Shown here: positions 28,896 to 38,413 of the stretch, piece after piece
How positions within the stretch are numbered: the stretch's first letter is position 1
How the letters are laid out: the number at the start of each line of letters is the position of its first letter
Source: a virus
Lineage: Duplodnaviria > Caudoviricetes
Length of the DNA stretch: 64,000 nucleotides
IMG/VR virus record: IMGVR_UViG_3300028048_000136
Coordinates: 5,410 to 69,409 of that record
Direction: 5' to 3' (one strand)
Notes under the pieces: model-generated
The model's input: the letters and a program-made list of their open reading frames with translations, nothing else
Told to the model about the DNA's origin: nothing
The model's database searches: none
Made by a program: the position numbers and the translations under genes

Positions 28896-29732
28896 ATGAA
28901 TATAATATCTTTTAATAATAAAGCAACAAAAATTGCATTAGGGTCATTCTTTCAATGCAATTTCAAAAATTCTTATTCAGTAACTATTTTAGGTGATGAA
29001 GATGAAGATCTAAAAAAATTCTTATCTTTATATACTAAAAATATAAAATTTAAAAACATAGATTTACTTGAAGCATTGAGAATATCTGATGACGAGACAA
29101 ACATCTTTATACACCCAAACTCACTCACATTAAAACCGATTGAGGACGACTTTTCTTGGTTTTCGCAATTCCAAATGGTTGGGCAAACAAGATATTGGTT
29201 AGAGAATGAATTATGGGACGAGGGTTTGAAAATTCCATTTGTTTCGGGAATTTTTTCTGACGGTTTTGTTATGTTTAATAAATTATACAAACCTGATTTG
29301 GAGCAAGAATACATAAACCGTTTTTGCTCAACCTTTAAAATTGAAAGGAACCACAAAGATTTTGAGATGATTTTCCTTTCTTGGTTGTGCATTAAAAAAC
29401 TAGCTGTAACAGATATTTCAGCAGAAAGCAAGTTTTTTCATTCTACGACTGTTAAAGATTTAAGACATATATATTTTTCGGATAACCCAGATAATCTTTA
29501 TCCTTGGAGTGTGGACATTAATTTCAAACTTCCTTATATTTTTGAACATCTGAACACTTATTACCAATATGCTGATAAGTTTAAATGCAGTTTTGCACAG
29601 CTTGTTAAAAGGAATTCTAAAATGCCATTGATGTCTTTTGAACAGGATTTTAGAAGACGTTTTGAGTTCAGAAGTTGGAGAAACGTTTTTATACCACCTA
29701 ACGAAAGAAATTTTGAAGTTTCTTTATACTGA
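28896..29732 (+). CDS. Hypothetical protein, possibly degenerate GT8-like
   Basis: 'IFSDGFVMFNK' resembles the GT8 FNSG motif; weak. Confidence 0.35.
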   Translation: MNIISFNNKATKIALGSFFQCNFKNSYSVTILGDEDEDLKKFLSLYTKNIKFKNIDLLEALRISDDETNIFIHPNSLTLKPIEDDFSWFSQFQMVGQTRYWLENELWDEGLKIPFVSGIFSDGFVMFNKLYKPDLEQEYINRFCSTFKIERNHKDFEMIFLSWLCIKKLAVTDISAESKFFHSTTVKDLRHIYFSDNPDNLYPWSVDINFKLPYIFEHLNTYYQYADKFKCSFAQLVKRNSKMPLMSFEQDFRRRFEFRSWRNVFIPPNERNFEVSLY

Positions 29733-29849
29733 CCTACATCTACCCTTTGGAGAAGATGTTTCCATTCCTCTATTTAAAATTTGTTTTTATATAAATATTA
29801 TATAATTATTAGAGTCTAAAGGCTCATATTTTTTATCCATTGATCTTAT
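29729..29849 (-). mobile_element. 121-bp miniature tnpB-type element (left end + terminal right-end hairpin)
   Basis: Minus strand: TTTAT|ataagatcaatggataaaaaatatgagcc...catcttctccaaagggtagatgtaggtcag. Confidence 0.8.
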
Positions 29850-29866
29850 ATAAAAGAGATAACACT

Positions 29867-30829
29867 ATGGAACAATTTTATTATCCAAACGATATTAATA
29901 AACCAGAATTTGCTCATAGAAGAATATCATTCATTGCTTGTACGGGTGAATGTGTATTAGGGCGTCCTGATTTAGTTCACGACCTTACATCATCAGTAAT
30001 GTTTAATGCAGGTGTTACGGCCGCAGTTGGAGTAGCATCAGGCGGACTTGCGGCTGCGGGTACAGGTGTGGCAATCGCCGCATTAGGTGAAAACAGCACA
30101 GCAGAAGCAAGGTGTATGATTACACTTCCTTTGCCAGGATCTTTAAGTGATGACCAGTCCCATACTTGGCAATCAGAAAGTATTACTGACGCTGTTAAAC
30201 AAGGTTTTGGCGATATTTCTTCAGCCATAAGTATGGGTTCCAATTCTAAACTTACTAAACTTTTAAATGTGGCTAAAAAAGGTGTGGATTTTGCAAAAAA
30301 AATTGGACCCGCATTGGCAAATCAAACAAGGTCAAGAATGCCGTCATTGAACCCTGGATATTTTCAGAATTATGATAAATCATCATTGAGGATATTCTCA
30401 TTTTCGTTTAAATTTATTCCAGAAAATCGTGAAGAAGCAAAGACAATTGTTGATATTGTAAGTAGGTTTAAAGCGTATTCTTCACCTTCAAAATATTCAG
30501 GCGTTATGCTTTTATCACCTTTTACCTGGTTAATAGTCGTTTCAAATGATAAAATCAACGAACTAATGCAAATTTCCAATTGCGTTTGTATAAGTGTAAA
30601 AGTTACTTACGGAACCGATAAAATGGATTGTTTTGATGATGGTATGCCTAAAGAAATAGGTTTAGACCTTGGTTTTTCAGAGTGCTCTTTGCAGTATTCT
30701 GATAATTATGGTCTTGCTTATGACGGAACCGAAACATTAAGACCTGACACTCAAGAAGAAATGAGGAATATTGAAAACGCTTTTGAAAATATCGGCCAAT
30801 ATGAAGCAGCAAAAGGAACACCAGAATAA
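29867..30829 (+). CDS. gp48: Baseplate tail tube cap
   Basis: 'LPLPGSLSDDQSHTW...NP...LRIFSFSFKFIPENREEA..I..I...FK...SP'. Confidence 0.8.
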   Translation: MEQFYYPNDINKPEFAHRRISFIACTGECVLGRPDLVHDLTSSVMFNAGVTAAVGVASGGLAAAGTGVAIAALGENSTAEARCMITLPLPGSLSDDQSHTWQSESITDAVKQGFGDISSAISMGSNSKLTKLLNVAKKGVDFAKKIGPALANQTRSRMPSLNPGYFQNYDKSSLRIFSFSFKFIPENREEAKTIVDIVSRFKAYSSPSKYSGVMLLSPFTWLIVVSNDKINELMQISNCVCISVKVTYGTDKMDCFDDGMPKEIGLDLGFSECSLQYSDNYGLAYDGTETLRPDTQEEMRNIENAFENIGQYEAAKGTPE

Positions 30830-31347
30830 TGGATAAGTCAATATGCGATTTTGATGATTTTGAAATTGATGGTTCCAATTACAATTACAAAATCAAAAAT
30901 TTTAACTCAATAGATTTAACAGAAATTAAGGAATATCTTTTAGGTCTTCCTGAAATATATTTCACTTATCTTAAAGTTGTGGAGGGTACCAAAATTGAAA
31001 AGGTACTTTGGGATTATTATTTAGAGGAAGACCTTTATGATTTAATTCTACTTCTCAATAACAGAGAGATGATTTTTGATATGCCGTATTCCTACGATGT
31101 CGTAAGCAGTAAAGTTGATACCCAACTTCTTGATTACGAATTTAAGGTTTTTGGAAACACTATTGGTGAGTTATCACCACAGGCAAGAGAAAGATTAAGA
31201 AAAAAACTTGACGACCAGTATTCGGAAAACAATAACAAATTTGTTTATTTAAAGGCAATTAAACGAACATATATTAATACCGTTAGAAGAACCATAGCGG
31301 AAATCATTGAAACACAGAAAGAAATGTATTCCATCGTGGAGGAATAA
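30829..31347 (+). CDS. gp53: Baseplate wedge subunit
   Basis: LysM-like 'KIEKVLWDYY...YDLILLLN'; position after gp48. Confidence 0.6.
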   Translation: MDKSICDFDDFEIDGSNYNYKIKNFNSIDLTEIKEYLLGLPEIYFTYLKVVEGTKIEKVLWDYYLEEDLYDLILLLNNREMIFDMPYSYDVVSSKVDTQLLDYEFKVFGNTIGELSPQARERLRKKLDDQYSENNNKFVYLKAIKRTYINTVRRTIAEIIETQKEMYSIVEE

Positions 31348-33695
31348 TGGCAGTTGATGAATTAAAAGATCCTATTTGTCTTATAAAATCAAAAGAAATT
31401 TATATAGATGAAAAAAAGATTAATCTTTTAGCAATGAATGATTATGTGGAAGGAATTGAAATAGAGGTTAATTATTTTAGGCACTATATAAATGCAATTT
31501 TAATCTGTTTTGAAGACTTATTTACCCTTTCAAAGGCAAAACACCCAAGTGCTTTAAACAATTCAGATACAATCAGAATTATTTTTACAGATAGTGCCGG
31601 AAACACTTTTGATAGGCGTTTCACCGTTATTAAAGCAACCTCAACTGTAGATTACAATTCAAAGCGTTCACCACAATGGACCATTGAATTAAGGGATACA
31701 TACGGATATTTTTTAGACGATATTTCGGAAACCGCATTTTTGACTGAAGCAGGTTTTTCTGGAACACCTATTGAGATTGTGGAAAAGGCAATAAAAACTG
31801 TCACAAATGACATAAGCGACTGTTTTTCGGAAAGTCCTTATAATGATAGAAAACTAAAAATTGATGTTAAAAGGAATAATCTTGATTTTGTTTGTGATGA
31901 TAATCCAACGCTCGATCACAGATTTGTTAAGGACTTAACACCTTTTGAAAATATCAAAAAATTTGCGGACAAATACAATATCCACATTTACCAAGATTTT
32001 GACACTTTACATATTATTCAAAACCCAACTTTTGAAAATGTTGAGGTTTCAAAATGTTCAGACAATACAGCATTATTCAAAGAGGGTGCTGACGGAAGAC
32101 AATATCTTTTAAAAATTTGTGACAAAATCAAACAAGAATCAGCAATTAGAACTGATGACCGTGCTAATTATAAAGTTTCCTTAAATCTTGGTGGCAAAGA
32201 ACAGTCATTTAAAGAATTAGCATTTGACCAGGCAGTCAGGGTTATGGAATTAAATTCAAATTCAGACGAAGATTTCCATACCAAAAACACTATTGAAATT
32301 TCATCATCTGAAGCAAGGGTTTCAACACTAATGAATAATGCTTTTAACAAATATATGAAAGCAAATAATTTAGTGATTTATACAAGAACTTCATTACCTT
32401 ATTGTGTTCCTGGAACCTGTACAACTATTGATTTACAGGTAAATTCGGAATTTTTAAAAACGAGAGAAAAAGGCGATTACAGATATTCTGGAAATTGGTT
32501 GATTAGGTCAACAACTCTTAAAATTTTATACAATCAAAATTTAATTTCAAGAATGGTTTTATGTCGTTTTGATAATCCAAAAGACGTTACCAAGGAAGAA
32601 GTAGAAGACGTTATCACGGAATCCAATCCAGAAGATGTATTGACAAGTAAACCTGAAAAACCTTTGAATTATGAGGAAGAAAACTTTTTTGACAAAGGTG
32701 AGCAAAAACCTGTTTCAGGAAAGGAACTTGCGGAAACTCTTAACTCTTCAAAAGTTAGTCAAGTTCAACAAATGGCATCCATTGCGAGAATGATTGAAAG
32801 CGTTGGTTTAACTATTAACAGCACAAATTCAGCACTCAATTCATTTTTAAGCGATGTTGATGGTCTTAGCAAATATAAAAATGCCATTATGCTTGGAATT
32901 AAAGTTTTCTTAGATGAAATAAAGGACTCCACAGTTATGAGTGCCATTGACGAAACCTTTGAAAGTTTAAAGCAAACTATCAAACCATTGGCAGACGGAA
33001 TTAAAAAAGTTATTAACTCAATTGAGGAATCCTTTAACACGATTAAAAATTATATCCAAGAAGTCACGGGTTCAATCACTTCAGGTGGCTCTATAATTTC
33101 AGATGTTAAAGAGGTTGCTTCAAGAATATCAAATACTTTGAGTAAATATCTAAGCACTTTTAGAAGTGTTTTACAGACTTTAGAAAATACTATAATAAGT
33201 GAACTTGGTCATTACGTAAATATAATTAATTCAGAAATTGATGGTTTTATTAAAAAGTTGAGTAATAAATTATTAACAACAATTAATAATGATGTTAAGA
33301 AAGAGCATCCTGTTTTAGGTGGTGGTTTGATTGGTGCTGTTACTGTCGCAGTTGAAATGGGTATAAAACCATTTGCAGGTCAAATCAAAGATAAGATGTA
33401 TGAACCTCTAAGAGCGGTTTCCTCAAAAATCAGAGAAATAAGAAAGGCAATAGAAACGGCTGCTAAACCAATAACCGATGCTGTTGAAACGGTAAACAGC
33501 ACCATTAGAAACACTATGACAAGCGCTAATCAGATTGCACAAACACCTGAAAGGTTATTAAGACGAATTACAACTCAAGGTGTTAATATTCTTAGAGAGG
33601 ATCCAAAAGAAATTTTAAAACAGGATATAAAATCAACTGTCAATACTGTTAAAGCACGAGCAAAACGAGATAATATTCTAAAGGCAATGCGATGA
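31347..33695 (+). CDS. Baseplate hub (gp27-like) with long helical C-terminal extension
   Basis: Position before gp5; 'YSGNWLIRS' hub-type end near aa 380. Confidence 0.5.
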   Translation: MAVDELKDPICLIKSKEIYIDEKKINLLAMNDYVEGIEIEVNYFRHYINAILICFEDLFTLSKAKHPSALNNSDTIRIIFTDSAGNTFDRRFTVIKATSTVDYNSKRSPQWTIELRDTYGYFLDDISETAFLTEAGFSGTPIEIVEKAIKTVTNDISDCFSESPYNDRKLKIDVKRNNLDFVCDDNPTLDHRFVKDLTPFENIKKFADKYNIHIYQDFDTLHIIQNPTFENVEVSKCSDNTALFKEGADGRQYLLKICDKIKQESAIRTDDRANYKVSLNLGGKEQSFKELAFDQAVRVMELNSNSDEDFHTKNTIEISSSEARVSTLMNNAFNKYMKANNLVIYTRTSLPYCVPGTCTTIDLQVNSEFLKTREKGDYRYSGNWLIRSTTLKILYNQNLISRMVLCRFDNPKDVTKEEVEDVITESNPEDVLTSKPEKPLNYEEENFFDKGEQKPVSGKELAETLNSSKVSQVQQMASIARMIESVGLTINSTNSALNSFLSDVDGLSKYKNAIMLGIKVFLDEIKDSTVMSAIDETFESLKQTIKPLADGIKKVINSIEESFNTIKNYIQEVTGSITSGGSIISDVKEVASRISNTLSKYLSTFRSVLQTLENTIISELGHYVNIINSEIDGFIKKLSNKLLTTINNDVKKEHPVLGGGLIGAVTVAVEMGIKPFAGQIKDKMYEPLRAVSSKIREIRKAIETAAKPITDAVETVNSTIRNTMTSANQIAQTPERLLRRITTQGVNILREDPKEILKQDIKSTVNTVKARAKRDNILKAMR

Positions 33696-34756
33696 AATTT
33701 TATAGAGCAGTTGTCGTTGATAACAACGACCCTTCAAAAACTGGAAAAGTTAAAATTAAAATTTTCGGTGAGCACGAAAAAACAAATAACCAAAAAACGT
33801 TACCTTGGGCAGAAGTAATGTTGCCATCCCCTGGTCTTATTGGAGGTGTTGGTTTTTCATCAGTTATTAAAAATGGAACTTGGGTTTACTGTATCAAAGA
33901 AGATGATACTGAAGACCGATACGTTGTTTTGGGCGTTGCAACTGGTATTGTTGGAGACGAAAGCATTGACGGTTACAAAGACCCTAATGGCGAATTTCCG
34001 TTAAAGGGAACAGAAGGAGTTTCTGATTATGGACATTGCTCAATCACTAATGACATTTTAAATAATGAAGCAAAATCAGAAACAACAAAAACATCAGAAG
34101 GTGTTGGTTTCCAATACACTAACACAGTAAGTCCAACAAAATATCTCACAAGTTCAGTATTTAGAACTGCAACTGGTATTATGCTTGAATTTGATGATGG
34201 CGATAAAAAACTTAAAATAACCCACCCAAGTGGCACAACGATTGAACTATTATCGGATGGAAGAATTGTTACGGTTGCCCAAAATGATGTGACTTTAAAC
34301 TGTAAAAAATCAGTTAATTGGAACATTCTTAAAGATTGGAATATGTTTGTTGATGGCGATGTTAATTGGAAAATTCTTGGTCATTGGAAAACTTCAATCG
34401 AAAAAGAAACTGAATTTACCTGTAATTCTACCGTTGATTGGAAAGTGATAGATGACATTACTTGGCGCGCTCAGAAAAACGTTTATTGGAAAGTTTCATC
34501 AAACGTTGATTGGGAAGTTAAAAATGACGTTAAGTGGAATATTAAGAATTCCGTAACCTGGGACGTGAAAAATAATGTTAATTGGGATATTTCCAATAAT
34601 ATTGATTTCAATTCTAACGCAAGCATAACTTATAAATCAACGTCAGATTTTAAAATTTCAAGCAGTTCAACCTTTAAAGCAGACTCTATTTCTGGGTCAA
34701 CTGTTTCATCAATTGGACCTACTAACATTATTGGTAGTCCTGTAAATCTTAACTAA
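33692..34756 (+). CDS. gp5: Baseplate spike gp5 without a lysozyme domain
   Basis: OB fold 'AVVVDNNDP...G.VKI...LPWAEV'; 8-residue VxWxI beta-helix repeats. Confidence 0.85.
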   Translation: MKFYRAVVVDNNDPSKTGKVKIKIFGEHEKTNNQKTLPWAEVMLPSPGLIGGVGFSSVIKNGTWVYCIKEDDTEDRYVVLGVATGIVGDESIDGYKDPNGEFPLKGTEGVSDYGHCSITNDILNNEAKSETTKTSEGVGFQYTNTVSPTKYLTSSVFRTATGIMLEFDDGDKKLKITHPSGTTIELLSDGRIVTVAQNDVTLNCKKSVNWNILKDWNMFVDGDVNWKILGHWKTSIEKETEFTCNSTVDWKVIDDITWRAQKNVYWKVSSNVDWEVKNDVKWNIKNSVTWDVKNNVNWDISNNIDFNSNASITYKSTSDFKISSSSTFKADSISGSTVSSIGPTNIIGSPVNLN

Positions 34757-34765
34757 GGGGAAAAA

Positions 34766-35050
34766 ATGGGTGTTGCAAGAGTTGGTGATATGAGTTCAGG
34801 ACACGATGCGTGTTCTCCTGTACCTATAGTTAGTGGTGCGGGTACTGTTTTCGTAAACAAAATACCTGCGGCAAGATTGGGAGACCCTTTAAGTCCACAC
34901 GGTTGTTTTATTCACCCAGTACATTCTGGTGTGGTGGCAAGTGGTTCATCAACAGTTTTTGCAGAAGGTAAACCACTAGCGAGAAGTGGTGATACTGTTT
35001 CTTGTGGTGGTGTTATTATCAGCAGTTCAAATGATGTGAACGCAAATTAA
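34766..35050 (+). CDS. gp5.4: PAAR spike-tip protein
   Basis: 'ARVGD', 'PAARLGD', 'PLARSGD', His/Cys zinc ligands. Confidence 0.92.
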   Translation: MGVARVGDMSSGHDACSPVPIVSGAGTVFVNKIPAARLGDPLSPHGCFIHPVHSGVVASGSSTVFAEGKPLARSGDTVSCGGVIISSSNDVNAN

Positions 35051-35064
35051 TTTAAAAAAAAATA

Positions 35065-35092
35065 TTGACTTTTTATTAAAATGGTTTATACT
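35065..35092 (+). promoter_or_regulatory. Sigma70 promoter
   Basis: TTGACT-16-TATACT. Confidence 0.6.
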
Positions 35093-35102
35093 TTATATAT
35101 AA

Positions 35103-35330
35103 TCTTTTGAAAGAACTGCGTTTCATAAAGATTATTTAGGAAGTAGAATTAAACGAGGTTTGTTTTTATCTTCGTTAGGTAAAGCGTTAAACGCTGACAT
35201 TAACGGAGCTTTAAATATACCAAGAAAATGTAATCAATGAGTTTTCTGTTTTACAGAAAATAATTGATAGAGGTCTTTTGTATAGACCAAGTAGAATTGC
35301 AATCTACTAAACAAAATGTTACTTTTGAAT
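35103..35330 (+). pseudogene. tnpB: 3' remnant of a second, IS607/IS1341-type tnpB plus omegaRNA-like hairpins
   Basis: 35103-35240 reads '...YLGSRIKRGLFLSSLGKALNADINGALNIPRK'; hairpins at 35272-35288 and 35290-35308. Confidence 0.75.
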
Positions 35331-35341
35331 ACATAAGATAA

Positions 35342-35722
35342 ATGATTTTAAAAAACTCTATGAATAACATTAATCCTTTACATATTCCTACACTTCAGCA
35401 AACTGCTGAAATAAGTAGAAATAAAGTACAAAAAGTTGTAAATGAAAGTGCTAAGTCCGAAAAAATTGACGACTTCACAAAAAAGTATTTTACAGACTTA
35501 GCGAGAGATATAGCAATATTAGTAACAAAGGATTATAGTTGTTATAAGCTTGTAAATCAAAACGGAACTAAATATACCGTTACTATGATTGACGTTAATG
35601 GAATTCCAGGAAAAGTCATTCATACAGACACAATTTGGGAAATAGGAAGTGTCCCTATACCATTTAGGGATTTGTTTACACCTAACTGCATTATTGAAAA
35701 AGGGTTTAAAGTTAGTGTATGA
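35342..35722 (+). CDS. Hypothetical protein
   Basis: ORF only. Confidence 0.5.
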   Translation: MILKNSMNNINPLHIPTLQQTAEISRNKVQKVVNESAKSEKIDDFTKKYFTDLARDIAILVTKDYSCYKLVNQNGTKYTVTMIDVNGIPGKVIHTDTIWEIGSVPIPFRDLFTPNCIIEKGFKVSV

Positions 35723-35728
35723 TTTCAA

Positions 35729-35805
35729 GGCCCTTTAGCTCAGTCGGTAAGAGCAGCCGACTCATAATCGGTTGGTGAATGGTTCAAATCCATTAAGGGC
35801 CACCA
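35729..35805 (+). tRNA. tRNA CAU, Ile2-like
   Basis: Cloverleaf, CAT anticodon, ileX-like body, CCA. Confidence 0.85.
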
Positions 35806-35825
35806 GGAATTAGTGTTAAGAATTT

Positions 35826-35901
35826 GGGTCGTTAGCTCAGTTGGTAGAGCAGTGGACTTTTAATCCATTGGTCGAGAGTTCGAGTCTCTCACGACCCACC
35901 A
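35826..35901 (+). tRNA. tRNA-Lys(UUU)
   Basis: Cloverleaf, CCA. Confidence 0.95.
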
Positions 35902-35920
35902 AATTGAATGTTTAAAGAAT

Positions 35921-35995
35921 AGCGGGTTGGAGAAGTGGTATCTTATTAGGCTCATAACCTAAAGGTAGGTGGTTCGATTCCATCACCCGCAACCA
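35921..35995 (+). tRNA. tRNA-Met(CAU), initiator-like
   Basis: 1:72 mismatch, CAT anticodon, CCA. Confidence 0.85.
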
Positions 35996-35999
35996 TTTT

Positions 36000-36290
36000 A
36001 AGACGTTTTAGTAAAAACGCCGAAAAAGTTGAATAGGAGTAGTGACCTATTTGACTTGCCTCACAAATTGAGGTCGAAAGTTTTTGATTAAGTCAATTCA
36101 AAAGGTGTTCATACTGCCTTTAATGTGATTGCTAAGTGTTAATGTATCTAAATTGAACGGTAATGGTACATTGTTTAATTAAACGAGTAAGATAAGAATT
36201 TGTTTGGTCTAGATATTGACTAGGATAACAACCTTCTAAGAAACTTTACAAATCACTTGAAAAAGTAAAAAGACTTAGAAAACGTTTTTT
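36000..36290 (+). ncRNA. Candidate structured RNA of about 290 nt
   Basis: Several nested stems, no ORF, between two tRNAs. Confidence 0.5.
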
Positions 36291-36294
36291 GAGT

Positions 36295-36370
36295 TCCTCC
36301 TTAGTTCAGTCGGTAGAACGGCGGACTGTTAATCCGTATGTCGCAAGTTCAAGTCTTGCAGGAGGAGCCA
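36295..36370 (+). tRNA. tRNA-Asn(GUU)
   Basis: Cloverleaf, CCA. Confidence 0.95.
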
Positions 36371-36371
36371 C

Positions 36372-36445
36372 GCAAGTATAATTTAATGGTAAAATGCTGT
36401 CCTTCCAAGTCAGATTTGCGGGTTCGATTCTCACTACTTGCTCCA
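36372..36445 (+). tRNA. tRNA-Gly(UCC)
   Basis: Cloverleaf with some stem mismatches, CCA. Confidence 0.8.
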
Positions 36446-36487
36446 ATTACAAGGGAAAAAGTCTTGCATTAGCAAGAGGTAAAAAAA

Positions 36488-36670
36488 ATGAAAGTATTTG
36501 AAATGGGAATTCCAAATTATGCTTACGTTTGGATTTGGTTTTCTGATGATTTAGAAATTAGATGTTCATATTTTGATTTACCTGAAAATTATAAATATTC
36601 AAACGTTAAAAGATATTGGAAAAGAATGAATGAAGACGGAATTGAAATTTTTAATGTAGAAATTTGTTGA
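36488..36670 (+). CDS. Small hypothetical protein
   Basis: GAGG RBS, 60 aa. Confidence 0.5.
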   Translation: MKVFEMGIPNYAYVWIWFSDDLEIRCSYFDLPENYKYSNVKRYWKRMNEDGIEIFNVEIC

Positions 36671-37084
36671 CAACTTATAAATACTATATTATAATATAAT
36701 ATATAAAGACTTTTAAAAAGATCTTAACTGCAAATAACTAAAGAAGTTTGTTTTAACATCTATAGGATAGATCTTGTTTTTGTTGACAAATTATGAATAC
36801 TATATTATAATGTAAAATATAAAGTCTTATAAAGATCTTAACTGCAAATATCTAAAGAAGTTTGCCTAACTAAAGATCTTGTTGACAAATTATGAATACT
36901 ATATTATAATGTAAAATATAAAGTCTTATAAAGATCTTAACTGCAAAATATTAAGTTTATATATCAAAGCTGAATAGATCTTGACATTGTAAATATACAA
37001 GGTAATTAACTTACTTTGTGCTCTTTTTAAAAGATCTAAACTGCAAAATTTAAAGCATTTTATAGTACCACTGACTAGATCTTG
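36667..37084 (+). repeat. Four promoter + small hairpin RNA units
   Basis: TTGACA-17-TATAAT at 36667, 36783, 36882; four AAGATCT(T/A)AACTGCAAA...AGATCTTG units. Confidence 0.85.
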
Positions 37085-37107
37085 TTTTATGACTTTGTAG
37101 AAACAAT

Positions 37108-37180
37108 GTTCCCATCGTCTAATGGTTAGGACACCACCATTGAGAGGTGCTAATAAGATTCGACCATCGTTGGAACGCCA
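37108..37180 (+). pseudogene. Degenerate tRNA, Glu-like body
   Basis: Shares ends with the 38174 tRNA; broken T arm; loop ATTGAGA. Confidence 0.7.
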
Positions 37181-37224
37181 TTTAATAAAGTTTAAACACT
37201 TAGTGCAAAAAATAGGAATTCTTA

Positions 37225-38172
37225 ATGTTTTGCAAACAATGTGGTAAAGAACACAACGGAAGTTATGGTTCTGGTACATTCTGTTCACAGTTTTGTGCAA
37301 GACGATATTCTGCTTTAGTTAATAAAGAAGTTAAAAATAAAAAGATATCCGAAAGTCTTAAAGGTAAAAAACATTTAAAGACTGATGAAGAAAAAATAAA
37401 GCACGAAGAATACGAACAAAATCCTAATTATTGTAGCATTTGTGGTAAATTTTTAGAATTTAATAAACGATTTAACAAAACATGTGGATCTAAAGAATGT
37501 GCTTTTCGTAATTGTGGTGGTTCTAGGAAAAATTCAGGTAATTCTTTAGGCGGTTGGTACAAAGGAATATTTTGCCATTCTACTTATGAATTAGTATTTG
37601 TAATATATTGTTTAGACCACAATATAAATATTAAACCTTGTAAAACAACGTTTAAATATTTTGGTACAGATAACAAAGAACATACTTATTATCCTGATTT
37701 TATTGTAAATAATGAAATAATTGAAATAAAAGGATATTTTAGTGATTCTGTAAAGTTAAAAGAGGAAGCAGTTTTAAAAGCTGGCAAATCTTATAAAATT
37801 TTGTATAAAAAGGACTTGACAGAATGTTTTAATTATGTGTATAATAACTACACAAATAATTTAAAAACTTTATACGAAGATTATAAACCTAAATATAAAT
37901 ATGTGTGTTCACATTGCGGAAAAGAGTTTTATGTCGATAACAAAAGAACAACAGAAAAAATATATTGCTGTAGAAAATGTTCCTTGTTAGGTAATCGTTC
38001 TGTAACTAATAAAATATCCGAAGGTTTAAAACATTATTATGCTGAGCATAAAACTGATAGAAAACCTTATAAAAGAAAGTACAAACAACAATGGATAACA
38101 AACGGTACTATTAAAACAAGAATTCCTCTCGGTAATGAAATTCCTGAAGGATTTCATAGAGGTAGAAGATAA
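37225..38172 (+). CDS. Free-standing endonuclease, PD-(D/E)XK TnsA-like, with zinc fingers
   Basis: 'STYEL...YYPDFIV...EIKGY'; CxxC clusters; 'WITNG...GFHRGR' tail. Confidence 0.7.
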   Translation: MFCKQCGKEHNGSYGSGTFCSQFCARRYSALVNKEVKNKKISESLKGKKHLKTDEEKIKHEEYEQNPNYCSICGKFLEFNKRFNKTCGSKECAFRNCGGSRKNSGNSLGGWYKGIFCHSTYELVFVIYCLDHNINIKPCKTTFKYFGTDNKEHTYYPDFIVNNEIIEIKGYFSDSVKLKEEAVLKAGKSYKILYKKDLTECFNYVYNNYTNNLKTLYEDYKPKYKYVCSHCGKEFYVDNKRTTEKIYCCRKCSLLGNRSVTNKISEGLKHYYAEHKTDRKPYKRKYKQQWITNGTIKTRIPLGNEIPEGFHRGRR

Positions 38173-38173
38173 C

Positions 38174-38248
38174 GTTCCCATCGAATAAGGGTTAGTTCAC
38201 TTGGCCTTCAATCAAGTAATACGGGTTCGAATCCCGTTGGGAACGCCA
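38174..38248 (+). tRNA. tRNA-Glu(UUC)
   Basis: Cloverleaf, CCA; C at position 33. Confidence 0.85.
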
Positions 38249-38331
38249 CACTTTAGCGATTTACAATGGAATTAAAAAAATTGACAGAAGCGCCAGAAAA
38301 ATTAAATGGTCTCTGTTAATTCCTCACAAAA

Positions 38332-38407
38332 TGGGGTATAGCCAAGTGGTAAGGCAGCTGATTTTGATTCAGCCATTTCCTAGGTTCGAGTCCTAGTGCC
38401 CCAGCCA
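38332..38407 (+). tRNA. tRNA-Gln(UUG)
   Basis: Cloverleaf, CCA. Confidence 0.92.
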
Positions 38408-38413
38408 TATTAA

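Noticed and set aside
36667-37084. CRISPR array
   Set aside because: Units are 50-120 bp, contain promoters and lack uniform repeat-spacer periodicity
38250-38330. tRNA-associated HDV-like (theta) ribozyme
   Set aside because: Only a simple hairpin is visible; no nested double pseudoknot found
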